Below, piece by piece: positions 40,909-49,201 of a stretch of DNA of 64,000 nucleotides. How positions within the stretch are numbered: position 1 is the stretch's first letter; every line of letters starts with the position of its first letter. Source of the DNA: a virus. Where the stretch lies: IMG/VR virus record IMGVR_UViG_3300047160_005727, positions 64,001 through 128,000 of that record; one strand, 5' to 3'. The notes beneath the pieces were generated by a model. The model saw only the letters and a list, made by a program, of their open reading frames with translations, was not told where the DNA came from and did not search any database. The position numbers and the translations under genes were made by a program.

Positions 40909-41604
40909 ATGAAGCGACGTTTCTTCTGCACTGCGCTGGCGATGTTGGCCGCGACTGTCATCGGCATGGGATCGGTGCAAGCCGGTACCGTTGTCATGAC
41001 GGACTCGGGCAACATCGGCCAGTTCAGGGCAACCAACATGGGAGTGAGTGGGGGGACGGCAACGGTCGTCTTTGATATCCCCAACTTCACCTCCCAGTTG
41101 AACACGGTCAACGGGTTGTTCCTGGCAACACCCGAGCAGACCGCTGTTCCTGGGCCGGTCACACTGCTCGTGACCTCGACAGGGCCGGAGACCTACAACC
41201 TCAGCCTTGTGCCCTCGACGTATGAGCAGACGATCGGAGCGACCCCTGCGACCCAGGCCATTCTGGACTTCACCCTTACCAAGGGTGTAGCTCCGGATGT
41301 GTTGCCCAACTTTTTCAACATGTCAGGGGCTATCACAAGTCTGGTCACCAACAGCAACCCCAACCTCGACTTCTCGAAGTTCGAGCCGGGCGGGTTCCAG
41401 AATGTCACCCTGACCGCCACGTCGTTCCAGAACGCGGCGAGCTTCGCGGGTTTCCTTGCCACTCCTGGCGCTGTCGCTGTGGGGAACGGCTCGTTCAGCC
41501 AGTCGGCTGTGCCCGAACCGGCCTCAGCGGCCTTGTTGGGTATTGGCCTCAGCGGGATATTCGCATTGCAGCGACTGTTCCGTAGATCAGCTTGCAAGGC
41601 GTAG
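40909..41604 (+). CDS. PEP-CTERM sorting-domain surface protein
   Basis: Signal peptide MKRRFFCTALAMLAATVIGMGSVQA, a Ser/Thr/Asn-rich body, and C-terminal VPEPASAALLGIGLSGIFALQRLFRR. Confidence 0.92.
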   Translation: MKRRFFCTALAMLAATVIGMGSVQAGTVVMTDSGNIGQFRATNMGVSGGTATVVFDIPNFTSQLNTVNGLFLATPEQTAVPGPVTLLVTSTGPETYNLSLVPSTYEQTIGATPATQAILDFTLTKGVAPDVLPNFFNMSGAITSLVTNSNPNLDFSKFEPGGFQNVTLTATSFQNAASFAGFLATPGAVAVGNGSFSQSAVPEPASAALLGIGLSGIFALQRLFRRSACKA

Positions 41605-41633
41605 GGTTATCGCTAGTCACGGTAACCTCACTG

Positions 41634-41671
41634 AGCAGCCCGGTCTGGCTTCGGTCAGGCCGGGCTGTTTT
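41634..41671 (+). terminator. Intrinsic terminator
   Basis: AGCAGCCCGGTCTGGC-TTCG-GTCAGGCCGGGCTGTT followed by a T run. Confidence 0.85.
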
Positions 41672-41676
41672 ATGCG

Positions 41677-41707
41677 CTAAACTTCGGGCCTTTTCTGGTC
41701 ATATACA
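41677..41707 (+). promoter_or_regulatory. Putative promoter, copy 3 (CTAAA-N16-GTCATATA)
   Basis: Directly after the terminator; followed by a hairpin at ~41709-41737. Confidence 0.6.
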
Positions 41708-41767
41708 AGTGGACCCCGCCTATGTCGGGCGGGCCACGTTGTAAGACCGATACGGAGATCCGGACAA

Positions 41768-42075
41768 TGATGGAGTATCACTGTCTGAACGTCAGCAAGG
41801 ACGTCTACAAGCTCGAACTGTTACCCAGAGGTTGCGGCCTCTGTGAACGGTGCGGTGATCAGGAGGCTGAACGCCATGTTCAGTCAGTGATCGCCGGCGA
41901 GCAGTTTGATGAGCAGCTCTGCGACATGTGCGCAGATAAGGCCATCAAATGGAAGCCGGAGGTTGAACCGGTTCCACGGCAACGACCAGCTGCGACCAAC
42001 GTCTCCTCCCGTGTTCTCGAACGGGCAAGACGTACCGCAGACTACCGTGGTTCCTGGCGAAGCCTCGTCCGCTGA
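41768..42075 (+). CDS. Small zinc-finger protein
   Basis: CGLCERC...LCDMC motifs; start uncertain. Confidence 0.5.
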
Positions 42076-42314
42076 CCGACCCACGCGGCCGTCCGCGCCG
42101 TAGCTCACTAGCACCTTGTCTGGTGCGTGGTGCGCGCTGGCGGCTCGCGTTCCTTCCGCATACCGACCAAGAGTGACAAGACAACCCCGAGCCAGGGGCC
42201 GTCACTCCTCACTCCTTCTTGGTCGGTCGGTAGTGCAGTTTCAGAGTGACGGTCCCGAACTTCAAAGACCGACCAGTTCGTTTTGTTTTTTCTCAACCGA
42301 AAGGAAGACCGACC
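42076..42314 (+). ncRNA. Candidate structured leader/attenuator RNA
   Basis: 13-bp stem 42195-42207/42244-42256, terminator-like hairpin 42256-42291 and alternative 11-bp pairing 42162-42172/42217-42227. Confidence 0.5.
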
Positions 42315-43583
42315 ATGCCTCGCAGTTTCAATAAGTCCGGTTCGAGTTCCAAGTCCGCTTCTTCAGCACAGGAAAGACCGACCATGCCTACCAAAGGCAA
42401 AGCCGCCCCAGCCGGCAACAAAGCTGGGAAAACCGCATCGGCCGGCAAGTCCGAGAAACGCAGCAACGGTAAGGCCGCCCAGGCCGCTTCAGTCAAAGAC
42501 TCGAAGCAAAAGGGACGCATCACAAAGGGCAAGCCGGCTACCGGCGCGCCCGCTCCGGAGCAGAACGTCAACCCGACGCCTGTTCCGGATCCGGTCGTCA
42601 ACCAGACGGCCGCCCCGGAAGCCACACCGCCTGGCGATGTGGCACCTCCGGTTGAAACGCCTCCGGTGGAGGCCCCGGTTGAGGTGCCGGTTGAAACACC
42701 TCCGGTTGGAGAGCCTGTAGTCCCGACCAACGTGGACATCAAGCTCGAAGAGGTCGTCGAGGTGCCGGTCGATCCCGTCGTGATCGCGGAGCAGACCGAG
42801 GAGGAGAAGATCGCGGCAGCGGCTGACAACGTCAAGAAGACGCGTCAGCAGGCTGCGGAAGCCAAGCGGCAGGCCAAGGAGTCCGTGAAGGCCGAACGTG
42901 CTGCCAGGTTGTCCCTCGCGGGTCTCGACCCGAAGAACTGGGATGCCGATGGCACCTTCGCCCGGAACGGCAAGAAGTTCCTGGCCGGCATGATCGGCCT
43001 GGTTCGGCTTGCCGCCGAGGGGCTCTGGAAGTTCCTGGTCTTCGGCTGGGAGCGGTTCATCGGCCTGTTCGGGAAGTACCGGTGGATGGGCTATGCCGGT
43101 GTGGGTGTGGGTAGCGTCATGGCGACGGCCCTGCTGGTGTACAGCGTCATGTGGATGTACAGCCCGTACGTCCGGACCACTGAACCAGTATTCGTGGCTG
43201 ACGAGCTGTCGAACGTCCCGCCCACCAAACTGAACATCCAGGCGGGCAACCCGGATAGCATCCCCAACGGCCAGGTCCGTGAGGAAGTCATCCGGCTCGA
43301 TGGTAACTCCAAGGCCATGATGACAGCTGTCCGCGAAACGGGCACGCTGATCAGTCACACCAAGGGTGCGGCCATGTGGGTTGAGCAAGCAGGGAACGGT
43401 GATGTCTACGTTCACCTGCGGTCTCTGTCTTGGGAAAGCCATGTGCTGACCCCGGGCAAGAACCAGTTGCTCAATGCCGCCCAGACGAGCAACGGGCGGT
43501 TCAATGCCAAGTTGATCAAGGTCAACGATGCATTGAATAGCAGTGAGAGTTTCAGCTCTGGCGCGTACGTCGCCAACCGCTGA
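42315..43583 (+). CDS. Membrane protein with Lys/Ala-rich and Pro/Glu/Val-rich N-terminal regions
   Basis: SD AAAGGA, with a second in-frame ATG at 42384. Coiled coil, then TM segment GYAGVGVGSVMATALLVYSVMWMY. Confidence 0.75.
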   Translation: MPRSFNKSGSSSKSASSAQERPTMPTKGKAAPAGNKAGKTASAGKSEKRSNGKAAQAASVKDSKQKGRITKGKPATGAPAPEQNVNPTPVPDPVVNQTAAPEATPPGDVAPPVETPPVEAPVEVPVETPPVGEPVVPTNVDIKLEEVVEVPVDPVVIAEQTEEEKIAAAADNVKKTRQQAAEAKRQAKESVKAERAARLSLAGLDPKNWDADGTFARNGKKFLAGMIGLVRLAAEGLWKFLVFGWERFIGLFGKYRWMGYAGVGVGSVMATALLVYSVMWMYSPYVRTTEPVFVADELSNVPPTKLNIQAGNPDSIPNGQVREEVIRLDGNSKAMMTAVRETGTLISHTKGAAMWVEQAGNGDVYVHLRSLSWESHVLTPGKNQLLNAAQTSNGRFNAKLIKVNDALNSSESFSSGAYVANR

Positions 43584-43599
43584 GCTAGGTCAAGGCCCT

Positions 43600-43647
43600 G
43601 GACGGACGGTGGCTGCGCAAGCAGCTGCCGTCCGTTCCTTTCTTTTA
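43600..43647 (+). terminator. Intrinsic terminator (GCAA loop)
   Basis: GGACGGTGGCTGC-GCAA-GCAGCTGCCGTCC followed by TTTCTTTTA. Confidence 0.8.
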
Positions 43648-43665
43648 CGCATCGGGTGACCTAGC

Positions 43666-43968
43666 ATGAAAACTCAATTGGAAAAGGATGCACAGCTGGG
43701 TCGGGTGACACGCGTCGTGCTGTTCTGGCTCGGCATCATTATCGTGCTCATCTCGATCTATCCCAGCTTCGTGCTTTGCAGGACGCTGTGGTATCTGGCC
43801 TACGACTATCTCGGTTACGGCGGTTTGATCGCCTTGGTGATCGGCGCTGTGATCGTGTTTCTCGCAGGCTGTGCTGGTGCAAGTTTTGTCGGCCGGACGT
43901 GGTGGCTGGCAGGTTTAGGCGAGCGTGCTCTGAATGGTGACGAGCATGCCGACGCAACCAAGGAGTAG
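43666..43968 (+). CDS. Small membrane protein
   Basis: 100 aa with two long hydrophobic segments. Confidence 0.6.
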   Translation: MKTQLEKDAQLGRVTRVVLFWLGIIIVLISIYPSFVLCRTLWYLAYDYLGYGGLIALVIGAVIVFLAGCAGASFVGRTWWLAGLGERALNGDEHADATKE

Positions 43969-43970
43969 CA

Positions 43971-44321
43971 ATGGACGATCAGGTCAGTCGGCTCATTCAC
44001 AAGTTCAACCTCCGACATGAGGTCGAGGAGTTTGTCCGCCGACGGGCGGTCGAGCTGAGTGAGCAGAAGACGCCGTTTCGCTTCGAGGGTTCGGGTAAGC
44101 GGTGCGGCTCGAAGGAGCCGCATGCCCCGCACATCTCGGGTGAACCGTACAGCACGGTGCGCTACGGCATGCTTCAGACGTTCTGCCGGGGTGTATCCGG
44201 CGAGGGCATGGAGATCATTTCCGATCTCAACCATGTAGGAAGTGCTGAGTCACCTGCACGGTTTCACGGGCATTTCATCGGTACGGCAAAGGTTTCAGAG
44301 CCTGCTGCCGATCCGGCTTGA
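43971..44321 (+). CDS. Hypothetical protein
   Basis: 116 aa, SD AAGGAG; C...H.PH...C motif. Confidence 0.6.
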   Translation: MDDQVSRLIHKFNLRHEVEEFVRRRAVELSEQKTPFRFEGSGKRCGSKEPHAPHISGEPYSTVRYGMLQTFCRGVSGEGMEIISDLNHVGSAESPARFHGHFIGTAKVSEPAADPA

Positions 44322-44342
44322 CAAGGTCAACCCACAGTTCCG

Positions 44343-44391
44343 GGGACGGTGGCCGCGCAAGCGGTCATCGTCCCATCTCACTTTCTTTTAT
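44343..44391 (+). terminator. Hairpin/terminator (GCAA loop), paralog of 43600
   Basis: GGGACGGTGGCCGC-GCAA-GCGGTCATCGTCCC, then CTTTCTTTTA. Confidence 0.65.
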
Positions 44392-44440
44392 GCCTCGAAT
44401 GACCGACCAAACAGACCGACCAACCACAGGAAACACGCAG

Positions 44441-44755
44441 ATGAAAGACTGGTTCGTTCGTGAGATCAAGCGTACGGCGAAGGGTTTTGTTCGCTTCGTA
44501 GCGCAGACGGCGGCTGCCCTTCTGTTCGGCATCGTCGTCGCAGTTGTCCTTCACTTCACTGGGATCTATAAAGCTGGTGCCAGTGTTAAACCACTACCGG
44601 CCGAGATCGAGACAGTGCATCGGCCAGCTCCCGAAAAGGTGCCGATGAACAAGTGGTCAGAAGAGGAGCGTATGCTTGTAAGAGCGTATATCGAGAAGCA
44701 TGGAATGGATGCGACGATCAAGGCGCTGCAAGAACATCGAAGTCTGTCACAATAA
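44441..44755 (+). CDS. Small single-TM protein
   Basis: 104 aa; AAALLFGIVVAVVLHF. Confidence 0.6.
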   Translation: MKDWFVREIKRTAKGFVRFVAQTAAALLFGIVVAVVLHFTGIYKAGASVKPLPAEIETVHRPAPEKVPMNKWSEEERMLVRAYIEKHGMDATIKALQEHRSLSQ

Positions 44756-44775
44756 CCCCGACGCGTTCGGGGTCG

Positions 44776-44855
44776 GAGCGAGTCGCTCCATGGGTACTAT
44801 CTTCCGGGTGCATCCCAAAGCATCCAACAGATGGTACTCATGGAGCGGCTCGCTC
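44776..44855 (+). other. Long intergenic RNA hairpin (27-bp stem)
   Basis: 44776-44802 pairs with 44829-44855; the only non-Watson-Crick pairs are three G-U. Confidence 0.7.
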
Positions 44856-44982
44856 ATCTTCTTCAGCTGACTGCCATTTGTTTTAGCTCTTAGTTTTATC
44901 TATCAGCCATGGTTGATCGTCGCACGCCCGCCATGTAGGATGGCCCCGGAGGAACCGGACAACCAACCAACAGGAGCTAGAC

Positions 44983-45267
44983 ATGGCGCTGGAGCTTGTA
45001 GATCAGCCAGAGGGTACCAAGGTCACCGTCAACGGCCCGAAGGCCACGGTAACCATCCAGGGAGACACGCCGGCCTCGGTGGGCAACACGGAGGCCAAGC
45101 AGATGGCGCTCAACGCGGCGCGGCCATTCCTCAGCAAGCCCGGCATCTCGAGTGTGAGCGGGCCTTATCCGGTGGATGCGGATGGCAACCAGCTCGAAGA
45201 CCCAACCAAGCCACGTCCCGAGGGTTTCCGGTTCCGTCAAGACTTCACGATACAGGAGGGAATGTGA
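44983..45267 (+). CDS. Hypothetical protein
   Basis: 94 aa, SD AGGAG. Confidence 0.7.
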   Translation: MALELVDQPEGTKVTVNGPKATVTIQGDTPASVGNTEAKQMALNAARPFLSKPGISSVSGPYPVDADGNQLEDPTKPRPEGFRFRQDFTIQEGM

Positions 45268-45800
45268 CAGCAAAGGTTCATGCCAGTCTCACCAAGTCAG
45301 AGGTGCAAGCGATCTTCCAGCTTGTCATCAAGTACAAGCAGCCGCCAGACCTGGAGGCAGAGCTATCTACGGCCGAGGCCCTTCTTCTTGTGGCGGCTGA
45401 TCTCCTCAAGACCTACGGCTTCGATCCCGCGTACGTGCTGACAGTTGCGAGCCGGCTGTGGAGCTGGCTCGGAGCCGACGATCGCCAGGTTCTGATGATC
45501 AACATCGTCGACCGCCGCTACGTCGGCTGGAACCCTGGCCCCATCTCCTTGACCGACATGATAACCGGCGGCGAGGTCGGTCCCGAGCAAGCGCTGTCCA
45601 GCCGTGTGCTGGAGTCAGTCTGTTACAACATCTACGAGCTGCTCGATCGTCGCAAGGCGATGGCCCGCGGCGAGCGGGGGTCGCTCTGGGAGGGTAAGGA
45701 TGCCGCAGGTAAAGCCACATGTGGTGCGCCGGGCGGAGGTAGCGCCGACCTGGGAGAACCCCAAGTCGTTTGCGACGACCTTGGTGCACCTATTCCATGA
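45264..45800 (+). CDS. Hypothetical protein
   Basis: GTG start overlapping the upstream stop, SD AGGAGG; 178 aa. Confidence 0.6.
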   Translation: MTAKVHASLTKSEVQAIFQLVIKYKQPPDLEAELSTAEALLLVAADLLKTYGFDPAYVLTVASRLWSWLGADDRQVLMINIVDRRYVGWNPGPISLTDMITGGEVGPEQALSSRVLESVCYNIYELLDRRKAMARGERGSLWEGKDAAGKATCGAPGGGSADLGEPQVVCDDLGAPIP

Positions 45801-46428
45801 CGAGTATTACGATCCCAAAGATCCGCCAAGGGAGAGCTGCTACACATGGCACCCAGGGACGATCCTGCTCGAGATCCGCGACGACTTCGGCGTCGAGCTG
45901 CCACCGGCCAATTTCGCCCGGCTCATGGCGGGGATCCACCTGCTCACATCGGACGCCTTCTACAAGAGCGTTCCCACCTTCATCGAGATCTGCAACGTCC
46001 TCTCTGGTGGGATCTACGACCCGGCCACCTGGGATCCCGCCGATGCTCTGGAATGTGCCTGGGGTATCACGGAGGCGATGCTGCTAGCGCCGCCCGACGA
46101 TGACGATGAAGAACCTTTTTCTGAAGAGATCCGCGCTTACATCGGCGCGGCACTGGACGAGGAGGGTATACTCGACCCACCAGACGTGCTTCGGATCGCG
46201 ATCCGAGGTGACGGTCATCGCTCGGCTGCCCAGGTCTCGTCGCAGTTCGACGACCACGAGACCCGGACATCCATTGCACAGACGGAGGCTGCGAAGGTCG
46301 CTGAGATCAACGGTCACATCAAGTCGAACCTGCGGATGCTGACTGCACAGCTGGCAGCGTTGCACCTGGCTCATGGCGATGCCGGGGCGCTGGCAGGCAA
46401 ACTCGCCCGTACATTGGGCAAGGAGTGA
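45700..46428 (+). CDS. Hypothetical protein
   Basis: 242 aa with strong codon bias; overlaps the upstream gene by 101 nt. Confidence 0.7.
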   Translation: MPQVKPHVVRRAEVAPTWENPKSFATTLVHLFHDEYYDPKDPPRESCYTWHPGTILLEIRDDFGVELPPANFARLMAGIHLLTSDAFYKSVPTFIEICNVLSGGIYDPATWDPADALECAWGITEAMLLAPPDDDDEEPFSEEIRAYIGAALDEEGILDPPDVLRIAIRGDGHRSAAQVSSQFDDHETRTSIAQTEAAKVAEINGHIKSNLRMLTAQLAALHLAHGDAGALAGKLARTLGKE

Positions 46429-46431
46429 GAG

Positions 46432-46815
46432 ATGCCACTTACGAACCAGAAGCTGGCGGTAGCCAAGCAATGGGTGGTCTCGAAGCAGGGCAAGTTTGCC
46501 ACCGTCGGTGGCGGGCTCGGCATCAGACCCAAGATCTACGACAACGCGGCTGCCGCCCAGTACGCCATCCAGACCAACCCCAGGCTCCGGGGTGGGGTCG
46601 TGGTCCCCTACACGATGGAGTCCAAGGCTGCTTTCGATGCCGAAGCCAACAAGGTCAACGCGGCTGCTGCGAAGACCCCCGGCAAGGCACCTGGGCCTAG
46701 CCAGGCGACGCCTGGCGTGTTCGCTACCACTACCAAGTCCAAGGCAGTGAAACCCAAGGCGACGGCTGCACCTGTCGCTCCGGGTAAACGTGCTGCCGCT
46801 GGCAAAGTAAAATGA
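46432..46815 (+). CDS. Basic Lys/Ala-rich protein (histone-like tail)
   Basis: C-terminus TTKSKAVKPKATAAPVAPGKRAAAGKVK; SD AAGGAG. Confidence 0.65.
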   Translation: MPLTNQKLAVAKQWVVSKQGKFATVGGGLGIRPKIYDNAAAAQYAIQTNPRLRGGVVVPYTMESKAAFDAEANKVNAAAAKTPGKAPGPSQATPGVFATTTKSKAVKPKATAAPVAPGKRAAAGKVK

Positions 46816-46834
46816 AAGACCCACCGGGGTCGCT

Positions 46835-46874
46835 ACGCCCGCCGCGCGGCACGCCCCGTGGTGGGCGTTGTTTT
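46835..46874 (+). terminator. Probable intrinsic terminator
   Basis: ACGCCCGCCGCG...CGTGGTGGGCGT followed by TGTTTT. Confidence 0.5.
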
Positions 46875-46912
46875 GCGCAGCTATTCTGATGGCATAGCCA
46901 AACGAGGACCAA

Positions 46913-48643
46913 ATGCCCGCAGCTAACCAGAACCCACAGCCACCCAAGGTCAACCCGGACTTCGAGAGGCGCGCTCAGATCCTCTGGGGTTCAAGCCAAA
47001 GCGCGGTGTCCGTCCGGACTACCGAGGATGGCCGGTTCATCCGCGACATCCAGACAGTCATGTCGAAGATCGCCCCTGACTGTGCAACCGTGATCTGGGA
47101 CAGAGCCCGCGGCTTCAACTGGGACCGCATCGACGAGCATACCCACGTCAAGAAGCCACTACCGTTCGGTAATGGTTCAGACTACACCAACATGCTGGTA
47201 GCCCTGGAGGCTGTTGCCAAGCTGGAGTCGGGGAAGATGCGGAAGGGAGTGTTCGTCTTCCTGGATCCGCACGACGTCTTCGATGACCTGACCGAAGGCC
47301 CGGCCTGCCGGCGGGTCGTCAAGACGATGATCAACGATCTACAGCTCTGCACACCCAAGAACGACGACACTGGCGATCCAGGGCACCGGCGTCAGATCAT
47401 CTTCGTGTCACCGGTGCCGATCCACCGAGAGCTGCACGAGTACGTCGTGCCGCTCGACTACCCTCGTCCCACCGAGGAAGAGCACGAAGAGACGGTCAAG
47501 GTCGTCGAGAGCGGTACCTCCGGCAAGAAGTGCTCAGACGAGATCCGGGAAGCCCTTGCTGCAATAGGCATCGGCCTGACCTGGATCCAGTTCGAGAACG
47601 CCGTGGCCGAGGCCACTCACGCGCACAAGGGCTTCGAGCCCGCTGTGCTGGATACGGTCGAGCAGAAGAAGGCTGACCTGATCGCCCAGCAGGGCTTTCT
47701 TACCTACGTCCCGTTCAACCGGCTACCCAAGGATGGCGAGGTTCGCGGCTTCGAGGAAGTCCATGAGTTCCTGGCCATGCAGGCCCAGTCCTACAAACAG
47801 GAAGTCATGGGCCTGGACAGGCCCAAGGGCATGCTGCTCATGGGAGTGGCCGGCACCGGCAAGAGCATGATGGGCAAGCTGGCTGCCCGCATCTTCTACA
47901 ACGCAACCGGCAAGCGGTTTCCGGTCTACCTGCTCAACGTGCCGGCTCTGTTCGGCGGCATCGTGGGCCAGACCGAGGCCAATGTCCGCTGGGTCACCGA
48001 GACCCTGAGTGCTCAGGGCCACTACCTGCTGGTGATCGATGAGCTGGAGAAGATGCTTGCGACTGGCGGCTACAACGGCGACTCGGGTGTCTCGCTGAGA
48101 GCGGTCGGCCAGATCCTGTCGTGGCTGTCCGAGCGGGTCAACAACCCGAACGACAAGGGCTACATCATCGGTACCCTGAACACGATCGAGGGCATCAGGC
48201 CGGAGTTCTTCCGCCGGTTCGACGCCGCCTTCTACACCGATCTACCTTACCCTGAGATCCGCAAGGAGATCATCACCAGCCACTTCCAGCGGCGTGGTGT
48301 GAACGTCGCCAAGCTGGTTGGTGCGGATGGCACGCCACTGACTGGCGATGACTGGGACGCGCTCATTACCGGCACCGAGAACTTCATCGGCTCCGAGCTG
48401 GAGGATGTCGTCACCCAGTCGCGGGCGCTGGCTGCTTACAAGCGCGGCGTCTCCGTACCGATCTTCGAGGAGATCGAGCAGACGGTCAGGAACCGGGCTC
48501 AGAACATCGTGGCCAAGACCCACAAGCACGATGTGGACTCCGTTCGTGACTACTGCAAGTCGTCAGCCCGCCCTGTCTACGTCCAGAAGGTGACCGCGAA
48601 CAAGATCGCCAAGCGGTCGCGCCAGGTAAACACTGGAGAGTGA
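46913..48643 (+). CDS. AAA+ ATPase, Ycf46-like
   Basis: Degenerate N-terminal domain (VRTTEDGR, FVFLDPH), Walker A GVAGTGKS, Walker B LLVIDELEK, DSGVS, and RPEFFRRFD. Confidence 0.9.
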   Translation: MPAANQNPQPPKVNPDFERRAQILWGSSQSAVSVRTTEDGRFIRDIQTVMSKIAPDCATVIWDRARGFNWDRIDEHTHVKKPLPFGNGSDYTNMLVALEAVAKLESGKMRKGVFVFLDPHDVFDDLTEGPACRRVVKTMINDLQLCTPKNDDTGDPGHRRQIIFVSPVPIHRELHEYVVPLDYPRPTEEEHEETVKVVESGTSGKKCSDEIREALAAIGIGLTWIQFENAVAEATHAHKGFEPAVLDTVEQKKADLIAQQGFLTYVPFNRLPKDGEVRGFEEVHEFLAMQAQSYKQEVMGLDRPKGMLLMGVAGTGKSMMGKLAARIFYNATGKRFPVYLLNVPALFGGIVGQTEANVRWVTETLSAQGHYLLVIDELEKMLATGGYNGDSGVSLRAVGQILSWLSERVNNPNDKGYIIGTLNTIEGIRPEFFRRFDAAFYTDLPYPEIRKEIITSHFQRRGVNVAKLVGADGTPLTGDDWDALITGTENFIGSELEDVVTQSRALAAYKRGVSVPIFEEIEQTVRNRAQNIVAKTHKHDVDSVRDYCKSSARPVYVQKVTANKIAKRSRQVNTGE

Positions 48644-48644
48644 C

Positions 48645-48839
48645 ATGCCCAAGCAGATCATCTTCGATATCGATCCGGCGACCGGTGGTGTGACCATCGA
48701 GGCCAAGGGCTTCAAGGGCCCCGAGTGCAAGACCGCTACCGCTCCCTACGAGAAGCTCTTCGGAACCCCCGAGTCTGATACGCCCACCAAGGAGATGGGC
48801 GCCAAGACCGTGGAGCATGTCAAGCAGACCCAGGGGTAG
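48645..48839 (+). CDS. DUF2997-like small protein
   Basis: IIFDIDPATGGVTIEAKGFKGPECKTATAPYEKLFG matches the recalled DUF2997 pattern; next to a Ycf46-like ATPase. Confidence 0.75.
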   Translation: MPKQIIFDIDPATGGVTIEAKGFKGPECKTATAPYEKLFGTPESDTPTKEMGAKTVEHVKQTQG

Positions 48840-48841
48840 CC

Positions 48842-49201
48842 ATGCTGAAAGAGCTGGTCTTTGATATCGGCCCGGACGGGATCGTTCGCTACATACACAG
48901 CGACGAAGCCGTTCGACTGGCGGCCGGGCTCGGCCGTCCAGTCATCAACCGGGCCAGCCATGTCGAGTACGACAACGAGAAGGGTGGATGGACGGCCGAC
49001 ATGTCCCCGTTAGGATCATCTACGATCCTCGGCCCGTTCACCACCAGGGATGAAGCCCTCGAACGTGAGCATACATGGCTCATGGAAAACATGCCGGCGC
49101 TGCTATGTGGGCAGTGTCGCGAAGCTGACCTTCCATTGGAGTCCCGACATGAGTACAGCCACCATGGCACCGATGAACGTAACCTCGGACATGTCAGATG
49201 A
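48842..49201 (+). CDS. Conserved hypothetical protein of the AAA/DUF2997 cluster
   Basis: IGPDG.VR....LGRP.I.RASHVE....GW.ADMSP....LGPF..R.EAL..E..WL motif, recalled from Planctomycete AAA clusters. Confidence 0.65.
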   Translation: MLKELVFDIGPDGIVRYIHSDEAVRLAAGLGRPVINRASHVEYDNEKGGWTADMSPLGSSTILGPFTTRDEALEREHTWLMENMPALLCGQCREADLPLESRHEYSHHGTDERNLGHVR

